A stretch of 64,000 nt of DNA from Alphaproteobacteria bacterium. GTDB taxonomy: Bacteria; Pseudomonadota; Alphaproteobacteria; UBA828. The position numbers were made by a program, and so were the translations under genes. Below the pieces are notes generated by a model. It was not told the DNA's origin and made no database searches. It was given only the letters and a program-made list of their open reading frames with translations. Location: NCBI GenBank assembly GCA_965214705.1, contig CBDCCI010000002.1:2496001-2560000 (forward strand). Direction: 5' to 3'. Below are positions 57,353 to 64,000 of this stretch, in pieces; the stretch's first letter is position 1, and each line of letters opens with the position of its first letter.

Positions 57353-58195
57353 GTGACCGAGACCCTCTCCCTCAACCGGCTCGCGGGCCGGGTTGCCGAC
57401 GGCGCCATGCTGGCGCTGCCGCCGGACTATTCGTTCGTGCCGATGGCGGCGGTGCGGGCGCTGGTGCGGCGCGGCGTGCGCGACCTGCACTTGCTCACCG
57501 TGCCGCAGGCCGGCATCGCGGCGGACCTGTTGATCGGCGCGGGCTGCGTCGCCACGGTCGAGACCGCGGCGGTAAGCCTCGGCGAGCTCGGTAACGCGCC
57601 CCGCTTCGCGGCGGCGGTGGAAGGCGGCGCCGTGGCAATCCGCGACTCCACATGCCCCGCAATCCACGCCGCGCTCCAGGCAGCCGAGAAGGGCGTGCCC
57701 TTCATGCCGTTGCGCGGCCTCATCGGCTCCGACCTGCTGCGCGTGCGCCCCGACTGGCAGGTGATTGACAATCCGTTAGCTGAGGGCGACCCCATCGTCG
57801 TGCTGCCGGCGCTCCGGCCCGATGTCGCGCTCTTCCACGCGCCCTATGCCGACGAGCACGGCAACGTCTGGCTCGGTGCGCGGCGCGAGCTCGTGACCAT
57901 GGCGCATGCCGCCAGGGAAACCCTGGTCACAGTGGAGGAGGTGCGGCCCGGCGATCTGCTGGCCGACGAGGCGCTGGCGGCGGGCACGTTGCCTGCGCTC
58001 TACGTCACGGCGCTCGCCGAAGCCCCGCAAGGCGCCTGGCCCCTCGGCCTCGCCGGCCGCTACGAGCCGGACCGCGAGCACCTGGCCGAGTACGCCCGGC
58101 TCGCGAAGAGCGAAGAGGGTTTCGAGGAATATTGCGGGGAGAATCTGATCGCCAATGAAGCGAACGTCATGAAGGGCCTCCGCGCCGCCGAATGA
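57353..58195 (+). CDS. CoA-transferase subunit A (GctA/CatI-like)
   Basis: DLLIGAGCV, GVPFMPLRGLIGSDL, PDVALFHA..GNV, TVEE. Confidence 0.85.
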   Translation: MTETLSLNRLAGRVADGAMLALPPDYSFVPMAAVRALVRRGVRDLHLLTVPQAGIAADLLIGAGCVATVETAAVSLGELGNAPRFAAAVEGGAVAIRDSTCPAIHAALQAAEKGVPFMPLRGLIGSDLLRVRPDWQVIDNPLAEGDPIVVLPALRPDVALFHAPYADEHGNVWLGARRELVTMAHAARETLVTVEEVRPGDLLADEALAAGTLPALYVTALAEAPQGAWPLGLAGRYEPDREHLAEYARLAKSEEGFEEYCGENLIANEANVMKGLRAAE

Positions 58196-58929
58196 GCCCG
58201 GACAAGACCGCGCTCCTCATCGACGTCATCGCCGGGATGCTCGACGGACTCGGCCGCGTCGCGGTCGGGGCCTCGTCGCCGATTCCCGCTGCGGCCGCGT
58301 GGCTCGCGCGCGAGCGGGGCGGCGGTCGGCCGGAGGTGAGCGTGCTCGGCAGCGGGGCGCAGAGCGACATGACCGACGGCGGACGCGAGCTCTTCGACCG
58401 CGCCGGCCAGGGCCGCATCGACGCCTTCTTCCTGGGCGGGGTGCAGATCGACGGCAGCGCCAACATCAACTTGATCGGCACCGGCCCGCACCCAGCGGCA
58501 GACAGGCGCTTCCCCGGCTCCTACGGCTCCGCCTACCTCTACTTCGTGGTGCCGCGCGTGATCCTCTTCCGCGTCGAGCACACGCCGCGGACGCTGGTGG
58601 AGAGCGTGGATTTCATCAGCGCGCCGGGCACGAGCCCGCCCGAGGTCTACCGGCCCGGCGGGCCCTACGCGCTGGTCACGGGGCGCTGCGTCTTCCGCTT
58701 CGATGCGGCGCGCGGGCGCTTTCGCCTCGCCTCGCTGCACCCCGGCCATAGCCTCGACGAGGTGCGCGCCGCCACCGGCTTCACCTTCGACGCCGCCGAC
58801 AACCCACCCGTCACCCCTGCCCCGAGCGCGGAGACCATGGCGCTGATCCGCGGCCCCGTCGGCGCGAACCTCGCGGAAGTCTACCCCCGCTTCGCCGCCA
58901 GATTTCTGGGCAACGAGCGGGCGGCGTAG
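58192..58929 (+). CDS. CoA-transferase subunit B (GctB/CatJ-like)
   Basis: FFLGGVQIDGSANINL, FPGSYGS, VDFISAPG, SLHPG..TGF. Confidence 0.85.
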   Translation: MSPDKTALLIDVIAGMLDGLGRVAVGASSPIPAAAAWLARERGGGRPEVSVLGSGAQSDMTDGGRELFDRAGQGRIDAFFLGGVQIDGSANINLIGTGPHPAADRRFPGSYGSAYLYFVVPRVILFRVEHTPRTLVESVDFISAPGTSPPEVYRPGGPYALVTGRCVFRFDAARGRFRLASLHPGHSLDEVRAATGFTFDAADNPPVTPAPSAETMALIRGPVGANLAEVYPRFAARFLGNERAA

Positions 58930-58932
58930 ACA

Positions 58933-58952
58933 CCCCCTCCTCACCCCGGCCC
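58933..58952. repeat. Partial REP-like repeat between convergent genes
   Basis: CCCCCTCCTCACCCCGGCCC matches the starts of the copies near 24809 and 50531. Confidence 0.5.
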
Positions 58953-58991
58953 AGGTTGCTGTGCGGCTCTCGCGGCGGCCCGACTCCGACT

Positions 58992-60890
58992 TCACGCCTC
59001 GTCGCGAGCCCGCTCCCGAGCCGCCAACGCCCACGGGGCGAACTCGGGCGGGTGCGGCGCCGGAAGCCCTGTCTCCTCCTCGCAGCGGGCCACGATCTCG
59101 TCGATGTCGCCGCCCATGTCGAAAAGGTCGGGGTTGCCCCGCTCCGGCCGCATGCTCTCGCGCAGCGCCCGCGTGGCCTCCTCGTCGACGGCAGACTCTT
59201 CGCCCACGACCACGCCGTAGCGCCGCGCGCCTGCGACCGTGACGAGCCCGGCCTCGACGTCGAACGCCACCTGCTCGACCGGCCGCTCCAGCGGGTCGCC
59301 CCAGCCGCCGCCGCCCCACGTGCAATAGTGCACGACGTCCCCCGGCTCGACCCGAACGCGGTCGCACTTCGAGGGAAGAACCTCGATCGTGCCGTCCGAG
59401 CGCTCGACGTACTTCCGGCTACGCGAGCCGGGCAGCCCGCCCCTCACGCCCCACGGATAGGAGAGCCAGCGGTCGTCGTGAATCGAGATGTCCCCGGCGT
59501 TGAGGATGCGATAGGCGGTGTGCACGCCGTTGCCGCCGCGGTGCAGCCCGGCCCCCCCGGAATCGGGGATCACCTCGTGGGCGTCCATGCGTAGCGGGCA
59601 GATCGCTTCGAGGTATTCGCACGGGACATTGGTGAAATCGGGCCACATGCCGTGGCCATCGGCACCGTCGCCCGAGGGCGCGGCGGCGATGCCGCCAAAC
59701 GCGATGTGGAAGAGCTGAAACCACTCGCCGCGGGAATCGTATCCCGAGTAGAGGAAATGCGGGCTGGCCGAGAATCCAGCCGCGCACATGTAGTCGGGAT
59801 TGCTCTGCCCGAACAGCCCGGCGAGCACGTCCATGCAGCGCGCGAGGCCGTGGGTGCGGCAGGAGAGCGCCGCAGGCTTGATGGGCTTGTACAGCGTGCC
59901 CTCGGGGATGCGCACGTCCATCAGATCGTAGAAACCGTCGTTGAAAAGAATCTGCGGGTCCGCAAGCATGATGAGGAAAACGCCGCAGTGCATCTTGGTC
60001 ATTTCTTCGTTGCAATAGAAATTGATCGAGCTTTGCGACTGCGGATCGGTTCCCTCGAAATCGAGGATCATCTTGTCGCCTTCGCGCCACATTGAGCAGG
60101 CAATCTTGTAGGGGCCCATGCCGACGCCGTCGTCGTCCAAATAGTCTTCGAAGTACTGCTTTTCCTCGGAGATTCCCGTCAGGATGATGTGACGCATTGC
60201 GCGGCGCGTACGCTCCAGCAACTCTTCCAAGGCGGAATAATAGGTGTCGTCACCGAAGCGGTCGGACAGTTCGACGACGCGTATTGCTGCGAGACGGCAG
60301 CCTGCAATCAATGCGTCCAGATCGCTCCGGTTCCAGTGCGGCATACGGCAGTTATGCAGGATGAGTTGCAGGATTTCGTCCTGGCGTTCACCGCGCCGAT
60401 AAATCTTGGTCGGCGGAATTATGATTCCCTCTTCGAAGATCTGCTGAGCGTCCGTTGGCATGCTGCCGGGGACGCGGCCTCCCGTATCGGTCATGTGGCC
60501 GAACATCGCGGCCCAGCCGATGACCCGGCCGTTCTTGAAAATCGGCAGCAGCACCAGCCAATCGGGCGTATGGCTGATGGCGCCGTCGCAGGAATAGGGG
60601 TCGTTGGTGAGAAAGACATCGCCCTCGTGAATCTCGCCCTCGTAGGAGTTGAGAAACACGTTGATGAAGGCGCCAAACTGCCCGACCACCATCTTGCCAT
60701 CGCGGTTTGCGATCAGGGGGAACTCGTCGTGCTGCTCGCGGATGCCGGGCGACATGGCGGTGCGGAAGAGAACGGCATCCATTTCGTAGCGCGCGTTGCG
60801 CAGCGCGTTCTCGATGATGTCGAGATCGACCGGGTCGACCTCGACCCGGCTGAACGGGGTGTGATTGCTCTCGATCACGGTCGCCGGCAT
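58992..60890 (-). CDS. Hydantoinase B/oxoprolinase family (N-methylhydantoinase B)
   Basis: RTAMSPGIRE, NDPY..HTPD, GHMTDTGG, EEG, DSGGAGLHRGG, GGGGWGDP. Confidence 0.92.
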   Translation of the reverse strand: MPATVIESNHTPFSRVEVDPVDLDIIENALRNARYEMDAVLFRTAMSPGIREQHDEFPLIANRDGKMVVGQFGAFINVFLNSYEGEIHEGDVFLTNDPYSCDGAISHTPDWLVLLPIFKNGRVIGWAAMFGHMTDTGGRVPGSMPTDAQQIFEEGIIIPPTKIYRRGERQDEILQLILHNCRMPHWNRSDLDALIAGCRLAAIRVVELSDRFGDDTYYSALEELLERTRRAMRHIILTGISEEKQYFEDYLDDDGVGMGPYKIACSMWREGDKMILDFEGTDPQSQSSINFYCNEEMTKMHCGVFLIMLADPQILFNDGFYDLMDVRIPEGTLYKPIKPAALSCRTHGLARCMDVLAGLFGQSNPDYMCAAGFSASPHFLYSGYDSRGEWFQLFHIAFGGIAAAPSGDGADGHGMWPDFTNVPCEYLEAICPLRMDAHEVIPDSGGAGLHRGGNGVHTAYRILNAGDISIHDDRWLSYPWGVRGGLPGSRSRKYVERSDGTIEVLPSKCDRVRVEPGDVVHYCTWGGGGWGDPLERPVEQVAFDVEAGLVTVAGARRYGVVVGEESAVDEEATRALRESMRPERGNPDLFDMGGDIDEIVARCEEETGLPAPHPPEFAPWALAARERARDEA

Positions 60891-60903
60891 GGTCGTCCCT
60901 CGC

Positions 60904-62961
60904 TCACGCCGCCCGCGGGCGGATCAGGAAGTTTCCGATCGCGTCGATTTCACCGTCGTGCTCGGGCAGCAGCACGGTGGTGGAGTCGAGCTGAATCACG
61001 ATGGCCGGCCCCTCGATGACATTGCCGGCGAGGAGTCTGGCGCGGTCGTAGACCGGCACCTCGCGATGGGCGCCGTCCACGTAAACGGTCTGACTTCCGG
61101 CCTGCGCGGCGGAGGCATCGCGCGTTCCGGCCGCCAGGCGCGGCGCACTGAGCGGTGTCTCCTTGCCCTGCACGATGGCGCGCAGGTTGATGATCTCCCG
61201 ATCCATGTCGAGCGCGAAGGTGTAGAGACGTTCGTGCAGCTCGTCGAATGCCGCTTCGATGCAGCCGAGTCCGCTGCGCCGAAGCTCCTCCATCTCCACG
61301 GTCACCGTCAGGTGAAGCACCTGCCCGGCATAACGCACGTCGATCTCGAAGTGTGCCGATTGCTCGGCGCGGGGGATGCCCTCGGCATCGAGCGATTTCG
61401 CGGCCTGTTCCGCAAGCTCCTCCAGGATCGCCAGGACGTTCGCCTGGGTGGTCTCGGAGAACCGTCGCATGAGGCTGCGCGACGCTTCGTCCCTGGTTCG
61501 CGTCGTCGCGTCGCCGTAGGCGCAGAGCACGCCGGGGCTCGGTGGCACGATCACCGGCCAGCACCCGAGGATTCGCGCCAGCGCGTTGGCGTGCATCGGG
61601 CCGGCCCCGCCGAAGGCCACCAGCGCAAAGTCGCGGGGGTCGAACCCCTGCTGCACGGATACGAGGCGCAGCGCGCCGATCATGGTCTCGTTGACGATGT
61701 TGTAGATGCCCGCGGCGGCCCGCTCCGTCGAAAAGCCGAGTGCGCGCGCGACCTTGCCGACTGCGTCCGCTGACTTCTGCCTGTCGATCGCGAGGTCGCC
61801 GCCGAGCAACGAAGCTTCGGGCAAGTGGCCGAGCACGACATTCGCGTCCGTCACGGTGGGCTCCGTGCCGCCCTTGCCGTAGCCGGCCGGACCGGGATCG
61901 GCGCCGGCGCTTGCAGGCCCCACGCGAAGCGCTTTGGTCAGCTCGGGCACGTGGGCGATGGAGCCACCGCCCGCGCCAACGGAGCGCACGTCGACCGACG
62001 ATGCGCGCACGGTGAGGTCGCCGACCGTCGTCTCGCGCCGGATTTGCGCGACTCCGTCCCTGACCAGGCAGACATCCGTCGAGGTGCCCCCCATGTCGAG
62101 GGTGAGAAGGTTATGGAATCCGGCCTGCCGCGCGATCCAGAGCGCGCCGGTGACGCCGCCGGCGGGGCCACTCATCAGCAGGTTGACGGGCACCGTCTCG
62201 GCGCCCACGGGGGAGGTCAAACCTCCGTCCGAGCGCAAGATGTGCAGAGTCACGTCGCCCGATATGGTGCCGAGCTCCCGGCTCAGGTTGCGCACGTACC
62301 GGGAGACGATCGGGCGGACATAGGAATTGCAGACGGTCGTGATCGTGCGCTCGTACTCCTGCATCTCGGGGATCACCTGGGAGGAGAGCGAAATCGGAAT
62401 GTCGGGCAGCTCCTCCGTCGCGATGCGGCCGGCGATCTTCTCATGCGAGTCGTTGGTGTAGGAATTGATCAGCGAAATCGTGAGCGCGTCGATTCCCTTT
62501 TGCTTGAGCGATCGCAGCGATTCGCGCAGCTCATCCTCGTCCAGTGTCTCGACAATCTCGCCCCTGGCGTCGATCCGCTCGTGTACCTCCACGGTCAGCG
62601 CCAGGGGCGCGAGAGGCGGCGTCTTGTTGAAGATGACCCAGGCGCCGAGGCCGCCCGGAACGAAGGAGCGGGCGATTTGCAGGACATGCCGATAGCCCTT
62701 CGTCGTGACCAGGCCGACGCGTGCGCCCTTGCCGGTGAGGATCGCGTTGGTCGCAACCGTGGTCCCGTGCATTACGTTTTGAATTGCGCCGGGCCGGATG
62801 TCGGCCAGTTCGCAAACGCGCGCGATGCCGTTGAGCACGCCGATCGATGAGTCTGCGGGAGTGGACGGGACCTTGGCGACGTGAAAGCTGCTGTCTTCTT
62901 CGTCGATCAGAAGCACGTCCGTGAAGGTGCCTCCCACGTCGACTCCTAGCCGATACGCCAT
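60904..62961 (-). CDS. Hydantoinase A/oxoprolinase family (N-methylhydantoinase A, ATP-binding)
   Basis: GVDVGGTFTD, HGTTVATN, SGPAGG, DMGGTSTD, GAGGGS, FGGAG. Confidence 0.93.
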   Translation of the reverse strand: MAYRLGVDVGGTFTDVLLIDEEDSSFHVAKVPSTPADSSIGVLNGIARVCELADIRPGAIQNVMHGTTVATNAILTGKGARVGLVTTKGYRHVLQIARSFVPGGLGAWVIFNKTPPLAPLALTVEVHERIDARGEIVETLDEDELRESLRSLKQKGIDALTISLINSYTNDSHEKIAGRIATEELPDIPISLSSQVIPEMQEYERTITTVCNSYVRPIVSRYVRNLSRELGTISGDVTLHILRSDGGLTSPVGAETVPVNLLMSGPAGGVTGALWIARQAGFHNLLTLDMGGTSTDVCLVRDGVAQIRRETTVGDLTVRASSVDVRSVGAGGGSIAHVPELTKALRVGPASAGADPGPAGYGKGGTEPTVTDANVVLGHLPEASLLGGDLAIDRQKSADAVGKVARALGFSTERAAAGIYNIVNETMIGALRLVSVQQGFDPRDFALVAFGGAGPMHANALARILGCWPVIVPPSPGVLCAYGDATTRTRDEASRSLMRRFSETTQANVLAILEELAEQAAKSLDAEGIPRAEQSAHFEIDVRYAGQVLHLTVTVEMEELRRSGLGCIEAAFDELHERLYTFALDMDREIINLRAIVQGKETPLSAPRLAAGTRDASAAQAGSQTVYVDGAHREVPVYDRARLLAGNVIEGPAIVIQLDSTTVLLPEHDGEIDAIGNFLIRPRAA

Positions 62962-63027
62962 CGACACATAACCTCGGTCGGTAACGCTCAGTTCCCACTC
63001 GGCCCGCCGAACTCGCTCGCCGCGCCG

Positions 63028-63714
63028 CTACCGGTTGGCGAAGGGTTCCAGATCGTCCAGGTAGGCTAGCACCCGATCGAGCGGTTCAACGTCGCAATAC
63101 TTCATGTCGATGTCGAACAGGTTCCACTCGACCGCCGCAGGCACGCGGTCGCCGACGCATTCGCGCACCACGACGGTGCGGAACCCCTCGCCCAGCGCGT
63201 CTTCCACCGTATGCCTGACGCAGCCGGCCATGGTGACGCCGGTGCAGATCAACGTGTCGATGCCGCCGGCACGCAGGATGCCGCCGAGATGGGTGCCGGC
63301 GAAGGCGCTCGGTCTCTTCTTCACGATCACCGTGTCGACGCCCGTCTCCGGCGGGATGCGGTCGTCGATCTCGCACGCAGGCGTGCCCAGCATAAGGTCC
63401 TCGAATGGCGTCTTGAGCGGGAAGGCGCCCATGTCGAAGCGGCTGCAGAAGGCGGTGGTGGTGTAAATGATCGGCACCTGCTTGGCCCGCGCGGCTTCGA
63501 GCAAGCGCTGCACGCCGGGGATGATCTGCTGGTCCATGTCATCGCAGGAGAAGCGATAGCCGGGGCGAGTCCAGGCGTTGGCGAGGTCGATGTTCAGGAG
63601 CGCAGGCCTCGTGCCGAAGCCCGAGCGCTGGTTCCAACCGCGCTTCTGGTAGAGCCCGGCGTCGCCGGAGAAGATGGTGTCGAGCGCTTTGCGAACGTCG
63701 TCATCCAGCGGCAT
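63028..63714 (-). CDS. N-carbamoylsarcosine amidase (isochorismatase superfamily)
   Basis: IDLANAWTRPG..FSC, KKRPSAF, GCVRHTVEDA, GDRVP..WNLFDID; as recalled, these match the Arthrobacter CSHase pattern. Confidence 0.85.
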   Translation of the reverse strand: MPLDDDVRKALDTIFSGDAGLYQKRGWNQRSGFGTRPALLNIDLANAWTRPGYRFSCDDMDQQIIPGVQRLLEAARAKQVPIIYTTTAFCSRFDMGAFPLKTPFEDLMLGTPACEIDDRIPPETGVDTVIVKKRPSAFAGTHLGGILRAGGIDTLICTGVTMAGCVRHTVEDALGEGFRTVVVRECVGDRVPAAVEWNLFDIDMKYCDVEPLDRVLAYLDDLEPFANR

Positions 63715-63758
63715 CGCTGTCTCCCTCCGTTGCCTGCTCATGGTATGCCACGGTGGGG

Positions 63759-64000
63759 TAAGCCCGCATTTCTCACCACGGTCATGGTCTGCGCGGCGCT
63801 CTCCGGCCCACAGGGTAGGAAAGCTGCGTAGCGCGATGTGGGGCATCGGGCAAGCAGCTTGACGCACACTGTGGGCCGGAGAGCGCCGCCCTTCGGGTCG
63901 CGCCCAGGCGCCCGACCGCAGCGTCGCGGGCCTCAACCGTATTCCCTGATACGCTTTTCGGCCCGCTCCTGGCGGATCGAACACCTGGGCGCGACGCAGG
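63759..64000. other. Highly structured non-coding element (MITE-like repeat or structured RNA), probably truncated by the window end
   Basis: Perfect 21-bp IR 63793-63813/63869-63889; inner 7-bp IR; 19-bp IR 63897-63915/63977-63995. Confidence 0.65.

Noticed and set aside
1-64000. CRISPR array, cas genes, rRNA, prophage or retron
   Set aside because: No regularly spaced repeats and no such genes were seen. The DxDxDG repeats at 17596-19257 are protein-level FG-GAP motifs.

Overview
GC-rich chromosomal segment of a probable alphaproteobacterium, inferred from the serS-surE-nlpD and thiE-efp-suhB gene order. It holds about 60 mostly metabolic CDS. These include a Liv-type ABC transporter cluster with CRTAC1, desaturase and amidase genes, beta-oxidation and CoA-metabolism genes, and a probable complete creatinine-to-sarcosine pathway (CodA-type deaminase, HyuA/HyuB, N-carbamoylsarcosine amidase). 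Also present are one tRNA-Val(CAC), three intact toxin-antitoxin modules plus an orphan antitoxin, and two complete IS elements with visible TIRs and 4-bp TSDs. A lower-GC insert carries a betaine-homocysteine methyltransferase. There is a REP-like palindromic repeat family, one copy of which is split by an IS5 at its hairpin loop, and a highly structured non-coding element at the right edge. No CRISPR array, rRNA or prophage was seen. Function calls come from recognising motifs by eye, not from database searches.
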